From assembly GCF_009914755.1 (NCBI RefSeq), contig NC_060945.1: a stretch of DNA of 64,000 bases; one strand, given 5' to 3'. A program made the position numbers and the translations under genes. The DNA comes from the human T2T-CHM13v2.0 reference genome, Homo sapiens. Numbering within the stretch: the first letter of the stretch is position 1; each line of letters opens with the position of its first letter. Below the pieces are notes generated by a model. It was not told the DNA's origin and did no database searches. It saw only the letters and a list, made by a program, of their open reading frames with translations. Shown here piece after piece: positions 1 to 13,519 of the stretch.

Positions 1-1365
1 CAAGTGTTTCCTCCCTGGGGTGATCAGTGCACAGATATGTCACAAAGCCCCTGTAGGCAGAACCTTGACAAGTGTTACATCACCTGTTTGATCAGTGGAA
101 ATGTATATCACAAAGCCCCCTGTAGGCAAAGCCCAGACAATTGTTACATCACCTGGGTGAGCAGTGGAGAGTTCTGTCACAATGCCACTATAGGCAGAGC
201 TTAGAAAAGGGTTACATCACCTGCGTGATCAGTAAAGAGATATGTCAAAATGCTCCTGTAGGCTGAACCTAGAAAGGAGTTACATCACCCGGGTGATCAG
301 TGCAGAGATATGTGAGAATTCCCGGGTAGGCAGAGTCTAGACAAGTGTTACCTCAACTAGGTTATCACTGCAGGTATAAGTCATAAAGACTCCTGTAGGC
401 AGAGCATAGACAAGAGTTCCCTCCCCAGGGTGATCAGTGCATAGATGTGTCACAAAGCCCCAGAAGGCAGAGAATAGACAAGAGTTTCATCACTTGGTTG
501 ATCAGTTCAGAGATGTGTCACAATGTCCATGTAGGCAGATCTAAGACAAGAGTCCATCACCTGGGTGATCAGTGCAGAGATATTTACCAATGTCCCCTGT
601 AGGCCGTGCCTAGACAAGAGTTGCATCACGTCAGAGATCAGTGTATAGATATGTCACAAAGCCTCCTGTAGTCAAAGCCCATACATGGCTTACATCACCT
701 AGGTGATCAGTGCAGTGATATGTCACAAAAATTTCTGTAGACAGAGCCTAGACAAGAGTTACATCACCTGGGTGATCAGTGCAGATATTTGTCAAAATGC
801 CCCCATAGACAGAGCCTCGAAAAGACTTCCATGACCTTGGTGACCAGTGCAGAGATATGTCAAAAATCCCCTCTAGGCAGAGTATAGAGAAAAGTCCCAT
901 CACCTGGGTGATCACTGCAGAGATATTTCACAAAGCCCCCTGTAGGCAGAGAGTGGAAAAGAGTAACATAACCGAGGTGATCTGTGCAGAGCTATGTCAA
1001 AACGCCCCTGTAGTCAGATCCTAGATAAATGTTACATCACCTGGCTGATCAGTGCAGAGATACGTCACAATAACCCCAGTAGGTGGAGCCTAGACAACAG
1101 TTACATCACCTGGGTGATGAGTACAGAAATATGTCACAAAGCCCCTGTAGGCCGAGCCTAGACAAGTGTTACATCTCCTGGGTGATCAGTACAAAGATAT
1201 GTCACAAAGCACCCTGTAGACAAATCACACAAAATTTTTACATCAACTGGGAGATCAATGGAGATATCTGACACAATTCCCCTTTAGGTGCAGCTTAGAC
1301 AAGCGTTACATCACATGAGTGATCAGTGCAGAGATATGTCACTATGTCCCCATAGTCAGATCTGA
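1..1365 (+). repeat. Beta satellite (68-bp Sau3A/BSR family) array, ~20 diverged monomers, truncated by the window start
   Basis: Recurring unit GATCAGTGCAGAGATATGTCACAAAGCCCCTGTAGGCAGAGCCTAGACAAGAGTTACATCACCTGGGT. The GATC site (or variant) falls at 22, 90, 159, 227, 295 ... 432 ... 1321, a 68-69 bp period. Matches the known beta-satellite consensus. Confidence 0.96.
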
Positions 1366-4300
1366 CTCAACGCGAGTGGAATGAAATGGAATGTAATGCA
1401 ATGGAACTGAGTGGAATCAACCTGATTGGAATGGAATGGAATGGAATGGCATGGAATCAACCCGAGCGGAAAGGAATGGAATGGAATGGAGTGGAATGGA
1501 ATGTAATGTAATGGAATGGAATGGAATGGAATCAACACGATGGGAATGGAACGGAATGGAATGGGATGGGATGGAATGGAATGGAATGGAACTTAATCAA
1601 CACGAATGGAATGGAACGGAATGTAATGTAATGTAATGGAATGGAATGGAATGGAATGGAATGGAATGAAATGAAAAGGAACGGAATGGAATCAACACGA
1701 GTGGAATGGAATGGAACGGAATGGAATCAACCCGAGTGGAATGAAATGGAATGTAATGCAATGGGATGGGGTGGAATCAACCCGAGTGGAATGGAATGGA
1801 ATGGAATGGAATGGAATGGAATGAAATGGAATGGATCGGAATGGAATCCAATGGAATCAACTGGAATTCAATGGAATGGAATGGAATGGAATAAATCCGG
1901 GTGGAGTGGAATGGAATGTAATGGAGTGGAATGTAGTGGAATTTAGTGGAATGGAATGGAATGGAATGGAATGAAATGGATTGGATTGGAATGGAATCCA
2001 ATGGAATCACCTGGAATGGAATGGAATGGAATGGAATAAATCCGGGTGGAGTGGAATTGAATGTAATGGAGTGGAATGGAATGGAATTTAGTGGAATGGA
2101 ATGTAATGTAATGGAATGGAATGGAATGGAATGGAATCAACCCGAAAGGAAAGGAACGGAATGGAATGGAAAGGAATGGAATGGAATGGAATGGAATGGA
2201 ATGGAATGGAATGGAATGGAATGGAATGCAATGGAAAGGAACGGAATGGAAAGGAATGGAATGGAATGAACCCGAATGGAATGGAATGGATTGGAATGGA
2301 ATGGAATGGAATCAAGCCGAGCGTAAAGGAATGGAATGGAATGGATTGGACTGGAATGTAATGGAATGGAATGAAATGGAATGGAATCAACACGAATGGA
2401 ATGGAACGGAATGGAATGGAAGGGGATGGAATGGAATGGAATGGAAGTTAATCAACACGAATGGAATGGAACGGAATGGACTGGAATGGAATGGAATGAA
2501 CCCGAGTGGAATGGAATGGATTGGAATGGAATGGAATGTAATCAACCCGAGCGGAAAGGAATGGAATGGAATGGAGTAGAATGGAATGTAATGCAATGGA
2601 ATGGAATGGGATGGAATCAACACGAATGGAATGGAACGGAATGGAATGGGATGGGATGGAATGGAATGGAATGGAAGTTAATCAACCCGAATGGAATGGA
2701 ACGGAATGGAATGGAAAGGAAAGGAACGGAATGGAATGGAATGGAATGGAATGGAATGGAATCAACCCGAATGGGATGGAATGGAATGGAATGGAATGGA
2801 ATGGAATGGAATGGAATGTCATGAAATGGAATGGATCGGAATGGAATCCAATGGAATCAATTGGAATGGAATGGAATGGAATGGAATGGAATAGAATAAA
2901 TCCGGGTGGAGTGGAATGGAATGTAATGGAGTGGAATGTAATGGAATTTAGTGGAATGTAATGGAATGGAATGGCATGGAATGAAATGGATTGGATCGGA
3001 ATAGAATCCAACGGAATCAACTGGAATGGAATGGAATGGAATGGAATGGAATAAATCTGGGTGGAGTGGAATGGAATGTAATGGAGTGGAATGGAATGGA
3101 ATTTAGTGGAATGTAATGGAATGGAATGGAATGGAATGGAATGGAATAGAATGCAATGGAATGGAATGGAATGAAATGGATTGGATCGGAATGGAATTCA
3201 ATGGAATCAACTGGAATGGAATGGAATGAAATGGAATGGTATAAATCCCGGTGGAGTGGAATGGAATGTAATGGAGTGGAATGGAATTGAATTTAGTGGA
3301 ATGGAATGGAATGGAATGGAATGGAATGGAATGGAATGGAATGGAATGGAATGGAATGGAATCAACCCGAATGGAATGGAACGGAATGGAATGGAAAGGG
3401 ATTGAATGGAATGGAATGGAATGGAATGGAATGGAATCAACCCGAATGGGATGGCATCGAATGGAATTGAATGGAATGGAATGGAATGGAGTGGAATGGA
3501 ATGGAATGGAATCATCCCAAGTGTAATGGAATGGAATGGAGTGCAATGGAACCCACCCGAGTGGAATGGAATGGAATGGAATGGAATGGAAAGGAATGGA
3601 ATGGATTGGAATGGAACGGAATGGAGTGGAATGGAATAAACACCAGGGGAATGAAATGCATTGGAATGGAATGGAATGGAATGGAATGGAATGGAATGGA
3701 ATGGAATGAAATCAAACCGAGTGGAATGGAACAGAATGGAATGGAATGGAAAGGAATGAATGGAATGGAATGGTGTGGAATCAACAGGAGAGGAATGGAA
3801 TGGAATGGAATGGAACGGAACGGAATGGAAAGGAATGGAATGGAATCAACCCGAGCGGAAAGGAATGGAATGGAATGGAGTGGAATGTAATGTAATGTAA
3901 TGGAATGGAATGGAATGGAATCAACACGAATGGAATGGAACGGAATGGAATGGGATGGGATGGAATGGAATGGAATGGAAGTTAATCAATACGAATGGAA
4001 TGGAATGGAATGGAATGGAATGGAGTGGAATGAACCCGAATGGAATGGAATGGATTGGTATGGAACGGAATGGAATCAACCCGAGCGGAAAGGAATGGAA
4101 TGGAATGGAGTGGAATGTAATGGAATGGAATGGAATGGAATCAACCCAAGTGCAATGGAATGGAATGGAATGCAATGGAATCCACCCGAGTGGAATGCAA
4201 TGGAATTGAATGGAATGGAATGGAATGGAATGGAATGGAATGGAAAGGAATGGAATGGAGTGGAATGGAACGGAATGGAGTGGAATGGAATAAACACCAG

Positions 4301-7300
4301 GGGAATGAAATGGATTGGAATGAAATGGATTGGAATGGAATGGAATGCAATGGAATGGAATGAATGGAATGGAATGGTGTGGAATCAACAGGAGAGGAAT
4401 GGAATGGAATGGAATGGAATGGAACGGAATGGAAAGGAATGGAATGGAATGGAATGGAACGGAATGGAAAGGAATGGAATGGAATCAACCCGAGCGGAAA
4501 GGAATGGAATGGAATGGAGTGGAATGTAATGAAATGTAATGGAATGGAATGGAATGGAATCAACACGAATGGAATGGAACGGAATGGAATGGGAAGGGAT
4601 GGAATGGAATGCAATGGAAGATACCCGAATGGAATGGAATGGATAGGAATGGAATGAAATGGAATCATCCTGAGGGGAAAGGAATGGAATGGAACGGAGT
4701 GGAATGGGATGGGATCGAATGGAATGGAATGGAAGTTAATCAACACGAATGGAATGGAACAGAATGGAAAGGGATGGGATGGAATGGAATGGAATGGAAG
4801 TTAATCAACACGAATGGAATGGAACGGAATGGAATGGAATGGAATGGAATGGAATGGAATGGAATGGAATGGAATGAAATGGAATGAACCCGAATGGAAT
4901 GGAATGGATTGGAATGGAATAGAATGGAATCAACCAGAGCGGAAAGGAATGGAATGGAAAGGAGTGGAATGGAATGTAATGGAATGGAAGGCAATGGAAT
5001 GGAATCAACACGAATGGAATGGAACGGAATGGAATGGGATGGGATGGAATGGAATGGAATGGAAGTTAATCAACACGAATGGAATGGAACGGAATGGAAT
5101 TGAATGGAATGGAATGGAATGAAATGGAATGGAATGGAATGAAATGGAAAGGAACGGAATGGAATCAACACGAGTGGAATGGAATGGAACGGAATGGAAT
5201 CAACCCGAGTGGAATGAAATGGAATGTAATGCAATGGGATGGAGTGGAATCAACCGGAGTGGAATGCAATGGAATGGAATGGAATGAAATGGAATGGATC
5301 GGAATGGAATCGAATGGAATCAACTGGAATGGAATGGAATGGAATGGAATGGAATGGAAAGGAATAAATCCGGGTGGAGTGCAATGGAATGTAATGGAGT
5401 GGAATGGAATGGAATTTAGTGGAATGGAATGTAATGGAATGGAATGGAATGGAATCAACCCGAATGGAATGGAACGGAATGGAATGGAAAGAAATGGAAA
5501 GGAATGGAATAGAATGGAATGGAATGGAATGGAATGGAATCATCCCGAATGGGATGGAATGGAATGGAATGGAATGGAAAGGAATGAAATGCAATGGATC
5601 GGAATGGAATCCAATGGAATCAACTGGAATGGAATGGAATGGAATGGAATGGAAAGGAATGGAATGGAATGGAATGGAATGAATCCGGGTGGAGTGGAAT
5701 GGAATGTAATGGAGTGGAATGTAATGGAATTTAGTGGAATGGAATGGAATGGAATGGAATGGAATGGAATGCAATGAAATGGAATGGATCGGAATGGAAT
5801 CCAAAGGAATCAACTGGAATGGAATGGAATGGAATGGAATGGAATGGAATGGAATAAATCCGGGTGGAGTGGAATGGAATGTAATGGAGTGGAATTTAGT
5901 GGAATGGAAACGAATGGAATGGAATGGAACGGAATGGAATGGAATGGAATGGAATCAACCCGAATGGAATGGAACGGAATGGAATGGAAAGGAATGGAAT
6001 GGAATGGAATGGAATGGAAGGGAATCAACCCGAATGGGATGGCATGGAATGGAATGGAATGGAATGGAATCATCCAAAGTGTAATGGAATGGAATAGAGT
6101 GCAATGGAACCCACCCGAGTGGAATGGAATGGAATGGAATGGAAAGGAATGGAATGGATTGGAATGGAACCGAATGGAGTGGAATGGAATAAACACCAGG
6201 GGAATGAAATAGATTGGAATGAAATGGAATGGAATGGAATGGAATGGAATGAAATCAAACCGAGTGGAATGGAACAGAATGGAATGGAATGGAAAGGAAT
6301 GAATGGAATGGAATGGTGTGGAATCAACAGGAGAGGAATGGAATGGAATGGAATGGAATGGAACGGAATGGAAAGGAATGGAATAGAATGGAATGGAACA
6401 GAACGGAATGGAAAGGAATGGAATGGAATCAACACGAGCGGAAAGGAATGGAATGGATTTGAGTAGAATGTAATGTAATGGAATGGAATGGAATGGAATG
6501 GAATCAACACGAATGGAATGGAATGGAATGGGATGGGATGGAATGGAATGGAATGGAAGTTAATCAACACGAATGGAATGGAATGGAATGGAATGGAATG
6601 AACCCGAATGGAATGGAATGGATTGGAATGGAATGGAATGGAATTAACCCGAGCGGAAAGGAATGGAATGGAATGGAGTGGATTGGAATGGAATGGAATG
6701 GAATGGAATGGAATGGAGTGGAATGGAACGGAATGGAGTGGAATGGAATAAACAACAGGGGTATGAAATGGATTGGAATAAAATGGAATGGAATGGAATG
6801 GAATGGAATGAAATCAACCCGAGTGGAATGGAACGGAGTGGAATGGAATGGAAAGGAATGAATGGAATGGAATGGTTTGGAATCAACACGAGGAGAATGG
6901 AAGGAATGGAATGGAACGGAACGGAATGGAAAGGAATGAAATGGAATGAACCCGAATGGAATGGAATGGAATGGAATCAACCAGAGCGGAAAGGAATGGA
7001 ATGGAAAGGAGTGGAATGGAATGTAATGGAATGGAATGCAATGGAATGGAATCAACACGAATGGAATGGAACGGAATGGAATGGGATGGGATGGAATGGA
7101 ATGGAATGGAAGTTAATCAACACGAATGGAATGGAACGGAATGTAATGGAATGGAATGGAATGGAATGCAATGGAATGAAATGGAAAGGAACGGAATGGA
7201 ATCAACACGAGTGGAATGGAATGGAACGGAATGGAATCAACCTGAGTAAAATGAAATGGAATGTAATGCAATGGGATGGTTTGGAATCAACCCGAGTGGA

Positions 7301-10054
7301 ATGGAATGGAATGGAATGGAATGGAATGGAATGGAATGGAATGGAATGGAAGGAAATGGAATGGATCGGAATGGAATCCAATGGAATCAACTGGAATGGA
7401 ATGGATTGGAATGGAACAAATCCGGGTGGAGTGGAATGGAAGGGAATGGAGTGGAATGGAATGGAATTTAGTGGAATGGAATGGAATGGAATGGAATGAA
7501 ATGGATTGGATCGGAATGGAATCCAATGGAATCAATTGGAATGGAATGGAATGAAATAGAATGGTATAAATCCGGGTGGAGTGGAATGGAATGTAGTGGA
7601 GTGGAATGGAATTGAATTTAGTGGAATGGAATGGAATGGAATGGATTGGAATGGAATGGAATCAACCCGAATGGAATGGAACGGAATGGAATAGAAAGGA
7701 ATAGAATGGAATGGAATGGAATGGAATGGAATGGAATGGAATGGAATGGAATCAACCCGAATGGGATGGCATGGAATGGAATGGAATTGAATGGAATGGA
7801 ATGGAATGGAAAGGAATGGAATGGAATGGAATCATCCCAAGTGTAATGGAATGGAATGGAGTGCAATGGAACCCACCCGAGTGGAATGGAATGGAATGGA
7901 ATGGAAAGGAATGGAATGGATTGGAATGGAACGGAATGGAGTGGAATGGAATGGAATGGAATGGAATGGAATGGAATCAACCCGAATGGGATGGCATGGA
8001 ATGGAATTCAGTGAAATGGAATGGAATGGAATGGAATGGAATCAACCCAAGTGCAATGGAATGGAATGGAAGGCAATGGAGTCCACCCGAGTGGAATGGA
8101 ATGGAATGGAATGGAATGGAATGGAATGGAGTGGAATGGAATGGAATGGAGTGGAATGGAACGGAATGGAGTGGAATGGAATAAACACCAGGGGAATGAA
8201 ATGGATTGGAATGAAAAGGAATGGAAAGGGAATGGAATGGAATAAAATCAACCAGAGTGGAATGGAACGGAACGGAATGAAATGGAAAGGAATGAATGGA
8301 AGGGAATGGTGTGGAGTCAACACGAGAGGAATGGAATGGAATGGAATGGAACGGAATGGAATGGAAAGGAATGGAATGGAATGAACCCGAATGGAATGGA
8401 ATGGATTGGAAAGGAATGGAATTGAATCAACCCGAGCGGAAAGGAATGGAATGGAATGGAGTGGAATGTAATGTAATGGAATGGAATTGAATGGAATGGA
8501 ATGGAATCAACACGAATGGAATGGAAAGGAATGGAATGTGATGGGATGGAATGGAATGGAATGGAAGTTAATCAACACGAATGGAATGGAACGGAATGGA
8601 ATGGAATGGAATGGAATGAACCCGAATGGAATGGAATGGATTGGAATGGAATGGAATGGAATCAACCCAAGCGGAATGGATTGGAATGGAATGGAGTGGA
8701 ATGGAATGGAATGGAATGGAATGGAATGAAATGGAAAGGAACGGAATGGAATCAACACGAGTGGAATGGAATGGAACGGAATGGAATCAACCAGAGTGGA
8801 ATGAAATGGAATGTAATGCAATGGGATGGAGTGGAATCAACCCGAGTGGAATAGAATGGAATGGAACGGAATGAAATGGAATGGATCGGATTGGAATCCA
8901 GTGGAGTCAACTGGAATGGAATGGAATGGAATGGAATGGAATGGAATGGAATGGAATAAATCCGGGTGGAGTGGAATGGAATGTAATGGAGTGGAATGGA
9001 ATGGAATTTAGTGGAATGCAATGGAATGGAATAGAATGGAATGGAATGGAATGGAATCAACCCGAGTGGATTGGAAAGGAATGGAATGGAAAGGAATGGA
9101 ATGGAATGGAATGGAATGGAATGGAATGGAATCAACCCGAATGGGATGGAATGGAATGGAATTGAATGGAATGGAATGGAATCAACCCAAGTGCAATGGA
9201 ATGGTATGGAATGCAATGGAATCCACCCGAGTGGAATGGAATGGAATGGAATGGAATGGAATGGAAGGAAAGGAATGGAGTGGAATGGAACGGAATGGAG
9301 TGGAACGGAATAAACACCAGGGGAATGAAATGGATTGGAATGAAATTGAATGGAATGGAATGGAATGGAATGGAATGGAATGAAATCAACCCGAGTGGAA
9401 TGGATCGGAATGGAATGGAATGGAAAGGAATGAATGGCATGGAATGGTGTGGAATCAACACGAGAGGAATGGAATGGAATGGAATGGAATGGAACGGAAT
9501 GGAAAGGAATGGAATGGGATGAACCCGAATGGAATGGAATGGATTGGAATGGAATGGAATGGAATCAACCCGAGCGGAAAGGAATGGAATGGAATGGAGT
9601 GGAATGGAATCTAATGTAATGGAATGGAATGGAATAGAATCAACACAAATGGAATGGAACGGAATGGAATGGGATGGGATGGAATGGAATGGAATGGAAG
9701 TTAATCAACACGAATGGAATGGAACGGAATGGAATGGAAAGGAATGGAATGGAAAGGAATGGAATGGAATGGAATGGAATGAAATGGAAAGGAACGGAAT
9801 GGAATCAACACGAGTGGAATGGATTGGAACGGAATGGAATCAACCCCAGTGGAATGAACTGGAATGTAATGCAATGGGATGGAATGGAATCAACCCGAGT
9901 GGAATGGAATGGAATGGAATGAAATGGAATGGATTGGAATGGAATCCAATGGAATCAACTGGAATGGAATGAAATGGAATGGAATAGAATGGAATGGAAT
10001 GGAATAAATCCGGGTGGAGTGGAATGGAATGTAATGGAGTGGAATGTAAAGGAA

Positions 10055-10380
10055 TTTAGTGGAATGGAATGGAATGGAATGGAATGGAATGGAATGGAAT
10101 GGATTGGATCAGAATGGAATCCAATGGAATCAACTGGAATGGCATGGAATGGAATGCAATGGAATAAATCCGGGTGGAGTGGAATGGAATGTAATGGAGT
10201 GGAATGGAATGGAATTTAGTGGAATGGAATGGAATGGAATGGAATGGAATGGAATGGAATGGATTGGATCAGAATGGAATCCAATGGAATCAACTGGAAT
10301 GGCATGGAATGGAATGCAATGGAATAAATCCGGGTGGAGTGGAATGGAATGTAATGGAGTGGAATGGAATGGAATTTAGT
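10055..10380 (+). repeat. 160-bp direct tandem duplication (also in copy B at ~31640-31960)
   Basis: GGATTGGATCAGAATGGAATCCAATGGAATCAACTGGAATGGCATGGAATGGAATGCAAT occurs identically at 10101 and 10261. Confidence 0.9.
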
Positions 10381-11095
10381 GGAATGGAATGGAACGGAAT
10401 GGAATGGAATGGAATGGAATAAACCCGAATGGAATGGAACGGAATGGAATGGAAATGAATGGAATGGAATGGAATGGAATGGAATGAAATGGAATGGAAT
10501 GGAATGGAATGGAATCAACCCGAATGGGATGGCATGGAATGGAATTGAATGGAATAGAATGGAACGGACTGTAATGGAATGGAATGGAATTGAATCAACC
10601 CAAGTGCAATGGAATGGAATGGAATGCAATGGAATCCACCCGAGTGGAATGGAATCGAATGGAACAGAATGGAATGGAATGGAATGGAATGGAATGAAAT
10701 CAACCCGAGTGGAATGCAACGGAATGGAATGGAATGGAAAGGAATGAATGTAATGGAATGGGGTGGAATCAACACGAGAGGAATGGAATGGAACGGAATG
10801 GATCGGAACGGAATGGAAAGGAATGGAATGGAATGAAACCGAATGGAATGGAATGGATTGGAATGGAATAGAATGGAATCAACCCGAGCGGAAAGGAATG
10901 TAACGGAATGGAGTGGAATGTAATGTAATGTAAAGGAATGGAATGAAATAGAATCAACACGAATGGAATGGAACGGAATGGAATGGGATGGGATGGAATG
11001 GAATGGAATAAATCCGGGTGGAGTGGATTGGATTGTAATGGAGTGGAACGTAATGGAATTTAGTGGAATGGAATGGAATGGAATGGAATGGAATG

Positions 11096-11215
11096 GAATG
11101 AAATGGATTGGATCGGAATGGAAGCCAATGGAATCAACTGGAATGGAATGGAATGGAATGGAATGGAATGAAATGGATTGGATCGGAATGGAAGCCAATG
11201 GAATCAAATGGAATG
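11096..11215 (+). repeat. 70-bp local duplication (also in copy B at ~32680-32795)
   Basis: GAAATGGATTGGATCGGAATGGAAGCCAATGGAATCAA at 11100 and 11170. Confidence 0.85.
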
Positions 11216-13371
11216 GAATGGAATGGAATGGAATGGAATGGAATGGAATGGAATAAATCCGGGTGGAGTGGAATGGAATGTAATGGAGTGGAATGTAATG
11301 GAATTTAGTGGAATGGAATGGAATGGAATGGAATGGAATGGAATGGAATGGAATGGAATCAACCCGAAAGGAATGGAATGGAAATGAATGGAATGGAGTG
11401 GAGTGGAATGGAATGGAATGGAATGGAATGGAATGGAAAGGAATGGAATGGAATCAACCCGAATGGGATGGCATGGATTGGAATTGAATGGAATGGAATG
11501 GAATGGAATGGAATGGAATGGAATCAACCCAAGTGCAATGGAATGGAATGGAATGCAATGGAGTACACCCGAGTGGAATGAAATGGAATGGAATGGAATG
11601 GAGTGGAATGGAACGTAATGGAGTGGAATGGAAAAAACACCAGGGGAATGAAATGGATTGGAATGAAATGGAATGGAAGGGAATGGAATGGAATGAAATC
11701 AACCCGAGTGGAATGGAACGGAATGGAATGTAATGGAAAGGAATGAATGGATTGGAATGGTGTGGAATCAACACGAGAGGAATGGAATGGAACGGAATGG
11801 AACGGAACGGAATAGAAAGGAATGGAATGGAATGAATCCGAATGGAATGGAATGGATTGGAATGGAATAGAATGGAATCAACCCGAGCGGAAAGGAATGG
11901 AATCAAATGGAGTGGAATGTAATGTAATGTAAAGGAATAGAATGAAATAGAATCAACACGAATGGAATGGAACGGAATGGAATGGGATGGGATGGAATGG
12001 AATGGAATGGAAGTTAATCAACACGAATGGAATGGAACGGAATGGAATGGAATGGAATGGAATGGAATGGAATGGAATGGAATGGAAGGAACGGAATGGA
12101 ATCAACACGAGTGGAATGGAATGAAACGGAATGGAATCAACACGAGGGGAATGAAATGGAATGTAATGCAATGGGATGGAGTGGAATCAACCCGAGTGGA
12201 ATGGAATGGAATGGAATGAAATGGAATGGATCGGAATGGAATCTAATGGAATCAACTGGAATGGAATGGAATGGAATGGAATAAATCCAGGTGGAGTGGA
12301 CTGGAATGTAATGGAGTGGAATGTAATGGAATTTAGTGGAATGGAATGGAATGGAGTGGAATGGAATGGAATGGAATGGAAAGGAATGAAATGGATTGGA
12401 TAGGAATGGAATCCAATGGAATCAACTGGAATGGAATGGAAAGGAATGGAATGGAATGGAATAAATCCGGGTGGAGTGGAGTGGAATGTAATGGAGTGGA
12501 ATGGAATGGAATTTAGTGTAATGGAATGGAATGGAATGGAATGGAATGGAATCAACCCGAGTGGAATGGAACGGAATGGAATGGAAGGGAATGGAATGGA
12601 AGGGAATGGAATGGAATGGAATAGAATGTAATGTAATGGAATGGAATGGAATGGAATGGAAGGGAATGGAATCAACACGAATGGAATGGCATGGAATGGC
12701 ATTGAATCGAATAGAATGGAATGGAATGGAATGGAATGGAATCAACCCAAGTGCAATGGAATGGAATGGAATGCATTGGAATCCACCTGAGTGGAATGTA
12801 ATGGAATGGAATGGAATGGAATGGAGTGGAATGGAACGGAATGGAGTGGAATGCAATAAACATCAGGGGAATGAAATGGATTGGAATGAAGTGGAATGGA
12901 ATGGAATGGAATGGAATGAAATCAACAAGAGTGGAATGGAACGGAATGGAATTGAATGGAAAGGAATGAATGGAATGGAATGGTGTGGAATCAACACGAG
13001 AGGAATGGAATGGAATGGAATGGAATGGAACGGAACGGAATGGAAAGGAATGGAATGGAATGAACCCGAATGGAATGGAATGCATTGGAAAGGAATGGAA
13101 TGGAATCAACCCGAGAGGAAAGGAATGGAATGGAATGGAGTGGAATGTAATGTAATGGAATGGAATGGAATGGAATGGAATCAACACAAATGGAATGGAA
13201 CGGAATGGAATGGGTTAGGATGGAATGGTATGGAATGGAAGTTAATCAACACGAATGGAATGGAACGGAATGGAATGGAATGGAATGGAAAGGAATGGAA
13301 TGGAATTGAATGGAATGAAATGGAAAGGAACGGAATGGAATCAACACGAGTGGAATGGAATGGAACGGAAT

Positions 13372-13480
13372 GGAATCAACCACAGTGGAATGAACTGGAA
13401 TGTAATGCAATGGGATGGAGTGGAATCAACCACAGTGGAATGAACTGGAATGTAATGCAATGGGATGGAGTGGAATCAAC
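13372..13480 (+). repeat. Perfect 50-bp tandem duplication (also in copy B at ~34970-35078)
   Basis: CAACCACAGTGGAATGAACTGGAATGTAATGCAATGGGATGGAGTGGAAT at 13377 and 13427. Confidence 0.93.
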
Positions 13481-13519
13481 CCGAATGGAATGGAATGGAA
13501 TGGAAAGGAATGGAATGGA

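Noticed and set aside
4-1271. Short ORFs 4-204 and 1083-1271
   Set aside because: Chance translations of beta-satellite monomers. Their similarity to each other reflects the DNA repeat.
1-1365. CRISPR-like appearance (68-bp period with palindromic core)
   Set aside because: The whole monomer is homologous between units, so there are no unique spacers. There are no cas genes, and the sequence matches beta satellite.
1-1365. Possible higher-order repeat in the beta satellite (shared variants at offsets ~410, ~342 and ~547)
   Set aside because: The offsets are inconsistent (5, 6 and 8 monomers) and there are too few monomers to support a period.
13212-13221. GGGTTAGG telomere-like motif (also 19378, ~34810, 40971)
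   Set aside because: A single point variant of GGGATGGGAT spread by duplication, not a TTAGGG tract.
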